From Octopus sinensis (lineage: Eukaryota): 64,000 nucleotides of DNA. The stretch lies in the NCBI RefSeq assembly GCF_006345805.1, contig NC_043008.1, forward strand, positions 17,484,001-17,548,000. Reading direction: 5' to 3'. Below the pieces are notes generated by a model. The model did no database searches, was not told the DNA's origin, and was given only the letters and a program-made list of their open reading frames with translations. Positions 27,780 to 41,660 of the stretch are shown piece after piece. Positions within the stretch are counted from its first letter, which is position 1. Each line of letters begins with the position of its first letter. A program made the position numbers and the translations under genes.

Positions 27780-28400
27780 ATGATCGACGATTCTTCAGGT
27801 GCTGTACACGCTATTTTGAAGAAATTCATCAACAGATATTCCTTAGTTGTAAATATTCTTCACATAGTATTTTTCTACATCTCCTGCAGTTGGTCATATA
27901 TTGATTTCCGTTTTATTTTTACCTTGTTATTGAAAACATATTTGGGGATCGCAGTTAAACTGTTTGCTTTGTTCAAATAATCGTTGTAGCTTTTCATACT
28001 GCCGGATTATTTCCGTTTTAGTGAGAATAGCTTGCTTTAGGCGTTTTTTCATCTCGGATTTTGCTATTGTTTGTTATAGTTGTGTATATGTATGTAGGGT
28101 TTGCTTTCCTTCGTTCTGTCAGTCCGTTTGGGTTTGTATGTTTTTAATTAATTGTCAACTCCTTCAATATATTTGTTTCCATATTGTCTGCTAGGGTTTT
28201 TCTATTGATCTACGCATTAAACTGAAGAAATGCTCCTTTCCTTTCTAAGCGTGTTTTATGTATATTATTTTTTCATCTCGGTGATATTAACGTTGGTCTC
28301 CCTTTAATTAAGCCTTCGAAAGCCAGGTTTTCGTATTTTATTGTCATAAATATCGTCATCGGTTCATTTGGCCCGTTCGGATATCTTTGTAATGATTGTA
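27780..28400 (-). pseudogene. Dong/R4-like ORF N-terminal (pre-RT) fragment
   Basis: KKRLKQAILTKTEIIRQYEKLQRLFEQSKQFNCDPQ...PTAGDVEKYY resembles the R4/Dong pre-RT region. Confidence 0.55.
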
Positions 28401-28451
28401 AATCTTTAATTCTTTTCATATTTCAAATTTCATATTGTATTTTATTTTATA

Positions 28452-28818
28452 TTAGCAGTATTGCCCGGCATTGCCCGAGTTTGTTTCGACCCTTTAGAAT
28501 TGGAATTTTTGAAATGTAAAACTTTTGCATTATGTAGCTTGTTATTCTCTTTAAGTGAACATTTTTCTGATTGAAATACAGCAGTCAAAAAATCGTAAAA
28601 ACTAGAGGTTTTCATTAAAGAAAGCACCTTTTTGATGTAAATAATTTTTGGTGTCAACATTGTCCGATTTGAATTTTTTCTTCTACGGAAGGAAGAGCAA
28701 GCCATCATACTCTCAATTTTGGTCAACTTTCGCCGCAGGATCTCGGAGGAGATAAGTGTTAGTTGAAGGCTTCCAAACCTGCCATACACAGACAACTTCA
28801 GCTTTATATATAGAGAGA
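28452..28818 (-). mobile_element. Non-autonomous Helitron, second family
   Basis: Minus strand starts TCTCTCTATATATAAAG and ends ctcgggcaatgccgggcaatactgCTAA (degenerate CTAG). Confidence 0.7.
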
Positions 28819-29149
28819 TTTCTCAAATTATCGTATATTGCATTTCTATTGTTCTGATTGTATTTTCATTGGTCAGTATTCTTTGGTAATTTTTTGTGTG
28901 AGGCTTTTACACGTGATCGTTTTCTCCTTATGTTATGCTTCAGATATTTTCATCTTGTTTGTTTTCTTTTCGTTACTTACACTTCGTTATATGCATTTTT
29001 GATTCCTAACATGTCTTTGGAGTTCGATAATGTATTTGATCTTGAGTTGTATCATCTTATAAGAAGTAACCTTGACCCTATTAACTTATTGCATGCGAAC
29101 ACAGAATTAGAGCAGAAGAAAACAACATAGCATGGTAAGTAAAAAATGT

Positions 29150-29624
29150 CAGGGAACCGTTAATATTAGAAGAAGGAAAGTCAGGCTTCTGTAGGATGAA
29201 AGATTGCAAAGATAAAACGCTATACAAGAAATTGAAAACCAATGAAACTGAAAATAGGTGGGTAAAGAAAAGGATGCATGGTCAATTTCATAGGGATGTT
29301 GAAGATAAGACAGACAGAGAGAAAAGATGACTGTGGATGACTAAAAGTGATTTAAAACCGGAAACAGAAGCTGTAATATGTGCTTCCCAAAAGCAAGCGC
29401 TAAGAACAAACTACATACAATTCCGAATAGACAACACATCAGAAAGTGATAAGTGCAGAATCCGTGGACAAAACGGTGAAACCGTATGGCATATTACCAG
29501 CCAATGTAGGCCACTAGCCCAGTAGGTATATAAGAGGCGCCAAGACAGTATAGCCAGGCTTGTCCATTGGACACTTTGCAACAAGTATGGACCTGACAGA
29601 GCAAAAAATTGGTATTACTACAAA

Positions 29625-29699
<75 letters not shown>

Positions 29700-29935
29700 T
29701 GACCCAACATGTCCGTTTGATCTTACGATCGTAAAGAATAAAGACAAAAAATTTAAAAGAAATACGATCCCTTAAAAATTTGAAACAGGAAGAATTTGGC
29801 GCATGCGAACTGTAAAGGTTGTACGTATTACTAATTGGCGTGTTGAGAACAGTAAGGAAAGACATAGAGAAATGGCTGAAGAAGATTGGAATAGAATGCC
29901 ATGTAGGGCTCCTACGGAGAGTTACTTTCTCAGGG
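29150..29935 (+). pseudogene. Dong/R4-like LINE C-terminal fragments split by (TAA)n
   Basis: MHGQFHRD...WMTKSDLKPETEAVICASQKQALRTNY...KCRIRGQNGETVWHITSQCRPLAQ. Confidence 0.8.
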
Positions 29936-29944
29936 ACAACAAGG

Positions 29945-31025
29945 ATTTTCAGGATTATTTTGGGCGGGGGTGTGAGTCGATAAAATCGACCCCAGTACTT
30001 CACTGGTACTTAATTGATAGACCCCGAAAGGATGAAAAGCAAAGTTGACCTCAGCAGAATTTGAACGCAGAACGTAGCGGCAGACGAAATAACGCTAAGT
30101 ATTTCGCCCGGCGTGCTGTCTTTAACAGAAACTGAATAACGATAATATAGATTTTTGGATTAGCAGGATCGTCAGAGCGTGCGAAACGTGCCTCGCAGTA
30201 CTTATTATGGGATTTTATATACTCACTTCAAATATCGCTAATGTTCGATTCAACTTTTATCCTTTCAGGAGTTATAAGTTTCAGTGCTAGTCGGGTACTG
30301 GGATTGAAGTAATCGACTGAACCCGCCTTTCAAAGTTGCTGAAAATGGAAAAAAAATTATAAATGCTTTATATTATGTTCAAAATGCCTGAAACTGCGAG
30401 GAAGGGAGCTGGTCTATTTAATCGATCCCATTTCTCGACAGATACTTTTCTTATCTATATTGACAGGGTAGAAAGGTACAGTCGACTTCGACCTCGTTTG
30501 AACTCTGAACATAAAGCCGGAAGAAATGCTGCGAAACATTTTATCCGGTGTGTTAACAATTCTGCCAATTCACTGCATTAATCCAAATTAATAATATTAA
30601 TCTGTTCCACAATAAGAATAAGGCCTGAAATTTATAGGGATGGGGCTCGCTGATCTCATCGGCCCCAGTGTACAACTGGTACTTATTTCATCAAACTCAA
30701 AAGGATGTAAAGCTGAGTCGATCTCAACACTCGGCAACATTTGATCTCAAAATGTAAAGAATCGGATAAAATACTGCTGACCATTTTCTCCGGCATGCTA
30801 ACGATAGTCCCACCTATACGCCTTAGCCCTTATTATAAATAATAACTATTATTATAAATATAGTGACCCCAGTACTCAACAGGTATTTATTTTATCGATC
30901 CTGATTAGAGGATGTAAGACATCATCGACCTTGGCTTAATTTGAACTCAGAAGCTAAAAACGGACGACATACCACTAAACATTTTGTCTGACACGCTGAT
31001 GATTCTGCCAGCTCAGCGCCTTAAC
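29945..31025. mobile_element. Cluster of about five degenerate SINE family 1 copies (mostly minus strand)
   Basis: Repeated gaccccagtac, tcgacctc..gaatttgaactc and ccggcgtgctaac motifs. Confidence 0.7.
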
Positions 31026-32811
31026 ACTAATCATAAATAATAATAATAATGATATTAATATTAAGCTTAAACATCTCTACGATATCCTGATTTAATATTT
31101 CTCTTTCGAAATAATTCTTCACAATACGAAAAGAATGAGTAAAAGAAGAGAAAAAATAAGGAAAGTAAAGAAAAGATCTGTGATTGCGTAGCTACAACTT
31201 TGAAATTATGTATGGTAGAAGAGTTTGACCCTGTATAATACAACATTTTTATTGTTGCTATTGTTTTTGAAATGAACGTTATTTATCATAAATATATATT
31301 TGATGTCTCTCAATGTTCTTATTTCTCTATATCATATATATAGAGCGATTCTTACCCTAACTAAATATTAGTTTTGACATGAAGGATGAATGTTTAGTAT
31401 CAAGCTAGCTTTCCTATATTCTCTGCGGAAACTAAGATCAGAAGAATCTACAGTGTTGATTCAATAGCCATGGCAACACTACTCGTCGGGATGAAACAGA
31501 TATAAAATAAAGGCGTAGTTTGTGTCATTAATGTCAAACCGAATATGCGATCTGACGTCAACGGATTTACTTTGAGAGACGCTTTGATGAATCTTTAATC
31601 TTTATTTGTATTTCTACAATTGTGCGTTGTATTATTATATAAAGGTTTCTGTGTACACTCATTTATTGTTCTCAATATATATTTATACTTCTATACGAAT
31701 TGCCTTTCTCCGTACAAATGCGTATACTCACGCCACTATATACAAAATTACGACATGATAGATAGACAGATAGATAGATACAGAGAGGGAGAGAGAGAGA
31801 GAGAGAGAGACAGAGCGAGAGAGAGAGGGCGAGGGATAGGGGGAGAGTGATAAATGAATATTAGTATGTATAACTTATGTAAGTGTGACAGAATCTACAT
31901 TGAATGTAATATATTGTGCTGGTTAACTGTAAATACAAGTGCAAATGCACCCATATTTAGAGTTGAAGATGCATAACATTATGCGTGTGTTTGTGTGTGG
32001 ATGTGTGGTGGTGTGCGCGTGTGTGTGACTCTACAATATATTTACAGCACAGAATTCGGAAATACTTTAAAACCTATCATTTATGCTAACGCTCAGATTT
32101 CAAAACCTGGCTCGATCCACTTCGGTTTTCATAACTTGGTTGTGATAAATAATGCAATAAGATAACAAAGACGAAGGATACCTTTTGCAGCTGTTTTGTT
32201 CCTATGCATTCTGCGTTTAAATCATTAGAGAAAAAAAACTGAGTTCTTTCGGATACTGGAAAATGGTGATAAAATAGCGAAGTTTTTCAAAAAGATTTGC
32301 TAAAAATCAACACATCTTTTTATAAGTTAAATCGGCATCCGAACGATTCACATCGCAGCAGATCTCTTGGGTAAGTTATTCAGGAAACATTTGCTTTAAT
32401 GTAGGCCAGTAATTATGTTTTTCCGTGTTCCAATCAGGTGCAATTTTAAAAAGATTTTAGAGGAAAAAAAACCCAACTCTTCAGATAACTCCAATAAAAG
32501 AAATCATTCGCGACCCTACTATGATTACTTCAAAATTACTTTAAATTAATTTTAAGTTTCCCTTTCAGGTCAAACCGCTGAGCAGTCATCCATAAGTCTA
32601 TTAGTTTTACAAAAGTTCCAAATTTTACTTCTTTTCTCATCTTCATATATTACTTGTCCAAAATATGCACCCATAAGTTGTATATATAAATTTACTACAT
32701 CTCTTTTTGTGTTCCATTGTGTTCCGGGACTATAAAGGAATGCGAGATTTAGTAGCTGAATCAAAGCTTTAGCCAGGGCAAAATTTGTGGCAAATAATAT
32801 TAAATTAGTGG

Positions 32812-33062
32812 AGGTGCGTGGCTTAGTGGTTAGGGTGTCAGCACCATGATTGTAAGATTGTGGTTTCGATTCCTGGACCGGGCGACGCGCTGTGTTCTTG
32901 AGCAAAATACTTCATTTCACGTTGCTCCAATCCACTTAGCTGGCAAAAATGAGTGACGCTGCGATGGACTGGCGCCCCGTCCAGCTGGGGGAACACATAA
33001 GCCATAGAAACCGGGAAACCGGGCCCGTGAGCCTGGCTAGGCTTTAAAAGGGCGCATTTATT
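32812..33062 (+). mobile_element. SINE family 2
   Basis: ggaggtgcgtggcttagtggttaggg...ttcgattcctggaccggg; family tail. Confidence 0.85.
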
Positions 33063-34884
33063 ATTATTTATTAATAGTAAATTAATATTCGAATCATGAA
33101 AATGCATAGCAATATTTCTACCAAAATAGTATAACCAAATCAAGCATAGGGCATTGAGAATCGCAGGCTGTTAAAATTCAGCCTCAGATAAGAAGTGTAA
33201 TCAAACCTAGCGAGTCGCTGTGGCTAGAACATGTCTTCGCTATACGGAACAGTATTAAGAACTATGAAAAACGACAGCGAATTTCACAAAGAAAGGATAG
33301 CCATTGTTTATAACGCCCAAATTCGAAGCTTTCTGGCGTGTGTGTATGTATCAGCTGCAATAATGAATCACAAAGAAGGAAAATAAATACAAAATCATTG
33401 TAATCCATAAAACGACCGCTAGGATTAAGGCAGTTGATGGCGCAAATGCAACGAAACATCCCCACTGTCAACAGCTTAAAACGTGAGAGCCCGGTTGCTA
33501 TAGTAACAGTTAGCGACAAAATAAACACAAGTCATAGTTCATAAAAATATCAGATCAATAATAACTATGTGGCATGAAGGATGCTGTTCTCCATCTGCCA
33601 AGGCATTCATATCTGAGCGAAACATCAAAACCGCGATGACAAAATCCACATTCTGGACTAAACTATTAGAATTTGGGAGAAAATTTCTAAAGACTCAAAA
33701 GGCACGTGTTTGAAAAGCTTCAGATGTTTAAACTCAGAGTGCATAAAAACTCTAGTTACGTTCACTATGATCGCACATGCAACGAATTGTGGGTCCTTTT
33801 GAAAAATTTAATCAGCAATGCAATTATATAAAAATACTTTAGATATGTGTGTGCAAATACAAATATATGAATACGTGAGTAGAATACATACAGATATCTG
33901 CGCATAAACACACACACATGTATATATAAGTACAGGCACACAGAGACACACACATATACATATATATATTTGAATATGTATATGTATATTTATATATATG
34001 TGCGTGTGTGTGGGTGACATAAAAAAATATATATATACATATTTCAACGGTGGTGCCCCAGCATGGCCGCAGCTTTCGTGCTAAAACTTTTTTAAGGATT
34101 TATATGTATATATATATATATATATATATTGTGTGTGTGTGTGTGTGTGTGTATGTGTGTGTGTGTGTGTGTGTGTAAATTTCCAGCTACGAAATTGATT
34201 TACAAATTCTAATCCTAAAATCCAAATCTCTCACTTAGAATTGTATGGACATCAACGAGAATAAAATGTTTCTGATGATTGTGCAATACCTGTATATTGA
34301 GATAAACAGCCTGAGTCAATCTATGTTACTGAAAGGCGAATGTCATTGATTTATCTGCTGTTCCTCAAATACTTTACCCATCGGCGACAAAATCGTGTTA
34401 TCAGCCAGATTTTATGGTGGACAGAGGTGCAGTAAACTTTTATAATCATTTGCTTCAATGTGTATTCGCGAAAATCATCTGCCTCGATAGATAAGTAATT
34501 CACTCGAAGCCTTTTTTACAAGGTAAAAATATATTAAATTGAATGATGATTTCTAAATTTCCACCTGTATTTTGTATGATTATACCGGCGTATATTAGAT
34601 TATATTCATTATGATGAATGTTAATTATGTATTGAACACTGTAGGGTATATGCGGTATTGTCTGAATGTGTCAATGTACGTGTATATAATATAATATATA
34701 TATATTATAATATATATACATATATATATTACATATATATATATGTAGGTATATATATATATATATACCATATATATATATGTATATATATATATATATG
34801 TATGTATATATCTTATATATACGTATATATGTAATATATATATATGTATTATATATACATATATATATATGTATATATATATAC

Positions 34885-34917
<33 letters not shown>

Positions 34918-34927
34918 TATATAATAC

Positions 34928-34973
<46 letters not shown>

Positions 34974-35024
34974 GTATGTATATATATATATTATTGTTTG
35001 TTTTGTTTTGTTTTTCCAGTTTCA

Positions 35025-35217
35025 GCTCTTGAGCTGTGGCCATGCGGGGCACCGCCATTGTGGTGAAAGAGTACAGCAGGGATCACCACCCCCTGCCGGA
35101 GCCTCGTAGAGCTTTTAGGTGTTTTCGCTCAATAAACACACACACGCCCAGTCTGAGAATCGAAACCGCGATCCTGCGACCGCGAGTCCGCTGCCCTACC
35201 ACTAGGCCATTGCGCCC

Positions 35218-35218
<1 letters not shown>
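35025..35218 (-). mobile_element. Chimeric SINE: family 2 head joined to family 3 tail
   Basis: Same arrangement at 46790-46990. Confidence 0.7.
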
Positions 35219-35257
<39 letters not shown>

Positions 35258-35258
<1 letters not shown>

Positions 35259-35620
35259 TAGCAGTATCGCCCGGCGTTGCTCAGGTTTGTAAGGAAATAA
35301 CTATAAAGCATTTTTAGAGAGTTATAGCCAAAAAACAGCAAAAAAATGATGGTAATTTTTTTTTTGATAGTTAAAAAAGGTGGAGTTGCGTCCCCTACAC
35401 AGTTTGTGGTTGTGTCCTGATTCTCGACCCCATGTCGAATTTATCGATTTTTTCAGAACTGGGGAACTTTTCAAAATTTTCGCTGCGTTAGTTTTGAATT
35501 ATGACATTGGGCTATGTGTGTGTCAAGTTTCATCTGAATCGGTTGAAAGCCGTGGTCAGGGTGAGGGTACAAGCAAACAGACACACAGAAACACGCACAG
35601 ACAAACTGCCGTTTATAATA
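35258..35620 (-). mobile_element. Non-autonomous Helitron (copy of 25189-25570) inserted in (TA)n
   Basis: High similarity to the reverse complement of 25189-25570; CTAG terminus at 35258. Confidence 0.8.
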
Positions 35621-35685
35621 TATATATATAATAATATATATATATATATATATATAATATATATATATATATATAGTATATATAT

Positions 35686-35717
<32 letters not shown>

Positions 35718-35723
35718 ATATAC

Positions 35724-35754
<31 letters not shown>

Positions 35755-36070
35755 CATATATATATAGATATTATATATATATATACATATATATATATGT
35801 ATATATATATACAATATATTATATGTATATATTATATAATATATATTTATGTATGTATATATATATGATATGTATATATATATATGCATATGTATATATA
35901 TGATATATGTGCACATAGATATATATACATGTAAATATATATGTACATATATATATATTTATATGTATGTATATATACCTGTATTTATATATGTATGTAT
36001 ATATATATATATATGTATATATGTGGTGAATGTATATATGTATATATATATATATATATATGTATGTACG

Positions 36071-36126
<56 letters not shown>

Positions 36127-37324
36127 TACATACAGATATATATACACACATAAATGTGTGTGAGCCCACCTACAAGAAGTATATTCGTGTCCTGATTGTA
36201 TAACATTATTATACATTTCCCTTATTTTTCTTTTATTTCAAATACCATATGCACATCATATTAATTGATACTGCTTTTAGTTATTTATTTGACGGTCCCT
36301 TTGATGAAATAATATCAAAGAAAATACATTATTTACACATTTTGAGAATTATTTGTAATTCATACCTCTAAGCGAAACTTAAATTTGTTGATGTACTTTC
36401 TTGTAGATTGTCTCTGTACAAACAGAAGTGATTTAAATTCACTGACATTTCAACTTAATATTTACACTTGATATCTTACGTAGTCCCGTCTCGCGGGTAT
36501 TTATAACTTAGTTCATTTCAAATATATTTTATTTGTCCTCCAGCGGAAGAAGATTCTGAATGTGTATTTAATATACACGTAGCCATAAGAAAGACAGCAC
36601 ATACGTGTATCGGGTGTGAATTATGTTTATTTTTAAAATATTTGCCTTAAGTTGTTTTTAATTCAATTAGACTACCTGGCATAATATTAATTTATATTGC
36701 CCTTAGCCATTCGTTTATTGAATTGTTCTGTAGAATTCTACTAAAGTAAACATGTTCCTGCTGTATTTCAAGAATGAGTTGCCGGAATGTAGGTACACAC
36801 ACATACACACACACATACAGTAACGCATACGTATGTGTCTGTACGTAGTATTGGTGCATTAGTAGTGTTTTGTTTCAATGCTGTTAAATACTATATAGGT
36901 TTTAACCAATACTTTACGAAATACAAAGCTGTGAATAAATTGCTTTCGCATGAAAAATTTTGGCGGACAGAAAAGCAATCTAATTTGACTAGATTTAAAC
37001 TAATGTTAGAATCTTATCAGTGACTTTGTACCTCTTTAAAAGCCCAAAGCGACGTTGCTTAAAAATCCATCATTAGTTTGGCTAGACCGATTTGCATACA
37101 ATAATGCATCCTTGATGGCTTCTTTGATTAGAGTAATACTTACTGGTTTAGTCGATGCGAAGGAACATTCTAGTTTGATTCTACTTTTCGCTTATTCAAT
37201 TCTTTGACTAAAGATCCGTCATGCCTTAAATTTTTAACATCCACCTGTGTTAAGCCTCTATAAAGTGTAGTAAAATATATATTAGTAACACGCAAGCTGT
37301 GGTAGAAGAACTGGTTATTTTATT

Positions 37325-37608
37325 TATTTATGCGCCCTTTTCATGCCTAGCGAGGCTCATGGGCCCGGTTTACCGGTTTCTATGGCGTATGTGTTACCCC
37401 CAAGCTGGACGGGATGGCAGTCCATCGCAGCGTTACTCAAGAAACAGGAAGAAAGAGTGAGAGAAATTTGGGGCGAAAGAGTACAACAGGAGTGGACACC
37501 ACCCCTTGCCGGAGCCTCGTGGGACTTTTAGGTGTTTTCGCTCAATAAACACAAAACACCCTATATAGGAATCGAAACCGTGATCCTCCGACCGCGAGTC
37601 CGCTGCCC
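37325..37608 (-). mobile_element. SINE family 2
   Basis: Family body and tail. Confidence 0.8.
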
Positions 37609-37919
37609 TCTACAGAAGAACTGGTATGAGAACAAATGTACATGAAATTTAATCAAGTCATTGGCCTTACCAACATGCTATTGACAGGAACAACTGGGCT
37701 AAGTTTCGGTTAAAGAGCCATCTATGTAATCACAACTTTTAGAAAATGAAAAATATTCTTCATATTTTTCGTAATTACCAAAGTCAATTTAGAGTATTAT
37801 TAATAAAATCAAGTTTTAGAACAAGTCTTCTATAATGTTCAAACTTCTCTACTTATACAGTTGTATTTCCTTCTTGCTTTTTTTCTTGTTTATTTATATT
37901 TATTAAGAAAAATTTCTCA

Positions 37920-38200
37920 TGGGCTTGGCAGACAAAATGAAAAAGGTGTTGCCCCGCAGGATAGTGAGGGAGAGGCGCAGTGACTGCCACTCTCTCTCCT
38001 GGGGCTCGCACTTACGGGCAGCCATCTTCAACCAAATAGTGGTGAGCAGAGGTATGGTCCGGGACCAAGTACGCCGGAAGTCTCCACTGCCACGAGCTTG
38101 ACTATAAACTTATTGGAAAGTGACCGATACCTTGGCAGTTTGCGTTTCTCAGCCTGGTGAGTAGCAGGGCCTTGCCTGGCCTGGTAGCTGGTATCGGAAT
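37920..38200 (-). pseudogene. CRE-like RLE-type non-LTR retrotransposon C-terminal fragment
   Basis: ATHQAEKRKLPRYRSLSNKFIVKLVAVETSGVLGPG followed by a frameshifted LSLTILRGN matches the CRE/R2-group RLE C-terminus. Confidence 0.7.
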
Positions 38201-38301
38201 TCCTTTTCAGATAATCCTTTGATGCAGTTAACTTGTAGACTGTAGAATTTTTAACATCATCATCAGCAGTGAATGTGGCTGCATACATTTAAAGAAAATT
38301 T

Positions 38302-38483
38302 TATTTCTGTATTGCCCACATGGAGCTAAACATAGAGGGGAAAAACAAGGAGAGACAAAGGGTTTAAGTCGATTACATCGATCCCAGCGCGTAACTGTTA
38401 CTTATTTAATCGACCCCGAAATGATGAAAGGCAAAGCCGACCTCGGCGGAATTTGAACTCGAACGTAACGCTAGACGAAATAC
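38302..38483 (-). mobile_element. SINE family 1, tail A, 5' end at GTATTTCGT
   Basis: Tail tttagctccatgtgggcaatacagaaata; body matches the tandem units. Confidence 0.8.
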
Positions 38484-39205
38484 ATTCCAATAAAATTAAT
38501 AGGAACAACAGACGAATTCATTTATAGGAAAACTTTTTTCCTCTATAAATTTGTTGCTAGTTTGTTTTTTTTTTAGATTGCAGAATAGATTTATGTACAG
38601 CAAAACTAAAAATTGTGCTTACGTGTTCTATCTTACCCGAGAATCTACTTCTCTTAAACTTACAGATACTTTTAAACTGTCACTTGGAGTATAATGATAT
38701 AACACGAGAAAGCTCATTGTTTATGGCGTCAAGTTTTTACAAATATGGTTGACAGTCAGCAGGTGTTGACTGTAGAATGAAGATTACATTATACTTAATA
38801 AAAGGCACTTGCTATTTCTGTTGATGCTGCTGTCGATGCTGTTGTTGCTAGGAAGTACGTTTTCACAGATACAAGAAGGGCGATAAGGGAAAATCTGAGT
38901 AACAGTAATGCACTGAATATAGACTGATAAGCATGAGGAATGGTGTAGCTCTCTGATGACATTAAATAGCATCTACACCTTTTAGATGAAAGTTTGTAAC
39001 CAGGAACACTTTTTCCCGTGCAATATTAACCAAGCTTTCTTCCCTGGAGCAGTGACTTAAAGCAGGGAGTGGCTGGTTTGCCTAAGCATCAGATTCTCCT
39101 CGGCCTTAGCTATTATATCTGGAAAAATCTGATAGACTATGAGTTCGGTTATAGTTTAAATGGAATATTAGCTAGAATACTTTCAAGTACAAGATAACTT
39201 TATGT

Positions 39206-39739
39206 TTCTTTATTAGCCACACGGGGCTGCACACAGACGGGACAGATTACAAAGTAGAGCTTTTCTTTAGGGGGAGAAAAAAGTGGGGTAGGTTTTCGAT
39301 CAAAAGGGATCGTAAAAGGGAAAGAAGAAAAAGAAGAAAAAAAGGAAAAGAAACAAAAGATAAGAAAAAAGAAGAAAACAAGGAAAAAAGGGGAAAAAGA
39401 AAAAGAAACGATCAATAGGGATCGTGTATCACAGTCTCATGATGTACGGTGTAAAGGGGGAAGCAGATAAGGTTTATCCGTGGGAAGAAAAGCCTACGGA
39501 AAAGACCACGGTAACCTCGGTCAATATTGTTACATGTTACCACATTTGTTTGCAAGTGGTAAACCCTCTGTTTTTAACTTTAGGTATAGGACAACGCACA
39601 CGGTATACTTTCAGGGATTAGTCTTGTTGCCTTATACCAATGATCCTCAGCTTGGGACACACTACGAAAGTCGAAGGCTGCCTGTGGAGTTTTTATTTTG
39701 CAAAGGGTTGTGCAACTCAATATATAAACGCTTTTATGT
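39206..39739 (-). mobile_element. Tail-A retroelement 3' fragment with candidate 12-bp TSD
   Basis: Ends tgtcccgtctgtgtgcagccccgtgtggctaataaagaaac; ATAACTTTATGT at 39194-39205 and 39740-39751. Confidence 0.55.
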
Positions 39740-39871
39740 ATAACTTTATGTGCTTCGAGATCCACTGTTTTCCATTACCCTTCAAAAAAAAAGAGCTACT
39801 TCACGTTCTCTGAGAGGTTTATTAAGATTTAAGACGTCAACAGTATGTATATGTATGTATGTATATGTATG

Positions 39872-39919
<48 letters not shown>

Positions 39920-41625
39920 CACGCACACACACATATATATATATATACATACACACACATAGATAGATAGATAGATAAGTATATACATAAATTTTCGATA
40001 TTGAGAGAAAGTGGGAGAGTGACGAGGAGAGAAGAGAGATGGCGAGTGAGGCCGTGTATAAGTGTGCGCATAATTTATATCATATTAAATATGTGAAACT
40101 TGTAAAGAATTTTAAATGAAATAAGAACATCGTACTGCTCGTACATTTTCTCAGCAAATTTTATTGCTCATGTTATTTATTCAATTTAACACAGTTTAAA
40201 TTATATTTGAGTTTGAAAAAAGTTTCCTTTTCTAAGTTTTTAAAGAATTCAAGAATATTATCAAACAAGATTCGATCATCTTAGATGTATTCAGGCGACG
40301 AAACAGTGGTGAAAAATGTCGCCAGGTCAACTCTTTCCTTATTTTGAGTGACTTCTGTGGGATGTGAGATGAAATTGTAATTTCATAGCTTTTAATTTCG
40401 TCAGCACCTAATGCCTTGAATTCTGAAACCAAAGCTCCTATTGAAATACTATTTCAAAATACAGACAAAACGGGAAGAAATATTTTAACTGAATACAACT
40501 CACGCTCACACACAAGCATACACACACTAACAAATATGCACACTTACATATACTCGTGTGTGAGTAATTATGTATGTGTCCTTTCCTTCATAACGCGGAG
40601 TAGATGAAACATGGACGACTGAAGAACGGGAATATTCCTTGTGATGTATGTCTTGTACTCTGTTTTTATTTTCGTTGTTTGAAAAAAGTTCGTTTCTATG
40701 TTTTTGTTTTTATGTTTTCGTTTCTCATTGTGTTCCACGTTTGTTTTACGTCCTGTACGCATATATGCATATATATATACATATATATGTAGGTATGTAC
40801 ATAAATGTATGTATATATGCATGTATTTATATATTATTTATATTATATGATCGAACGCCACGCATCCTTTTCCAAGTAAGTTTTATCTTACATATATTTA
40901 TATATATATATGCGTGTGTGTGTATGTGAGTGAGCGCGTTTGTGTTTATATATATGCGCTTGTCTGTGTGTCTGCGTATGTGTATGTATGTGCCTATGTT
41001 TGCTAATCAAAAGAACTATATAGCACTAATGTTTTTTCTGAAGATTCACTAATTACCTAAAGAACGCACGTAAAAGCAATTCAAGTAATAATTATATCGT
41101 AACGATGGAATAATTGAACTCGATAATAAAGGACTAGATTCATTACAAATGCAGGGTTTGAAATTCCCCTCTTTTTCTCTCTTGAATGATCACACGCATT
41201 ACCCATATACATACTGACGAGTATCTTGTGTTTACGCATATACGTATGTCTGGGAGTGTGCCTCGGTACGTCTGTGCGTACGCGCTCGAGTGTGTGTGAG
41301 TGTGTGCGTGTGCATCAGTCATACATGCACGCATACATACACGCATATATAAAAACAATCATCGCTTCAATTTTGGCCAGGACTAAAGGAGAGCGGATAA
41401 GTCAATCATATCGACCCCGGTGATTATGTGGTTCTTATTTTATCGAACCCTGAAGGTGAACTTTGAATTTAGAATGCAAAGACGGACGAAATACCGTCAA
41501 GCATTTTTCCCACTGTGGTGACGTATCTGCTAGCTCGCCGCCTTTATATATATATATATATTAGTTGCCTGCAAGCGGTTACGGAATCAGAACCCCTGTA
41601 CCTCTATATTATTTTCCACATTAAT

Positions 41626-41660
<35 letters not shown>

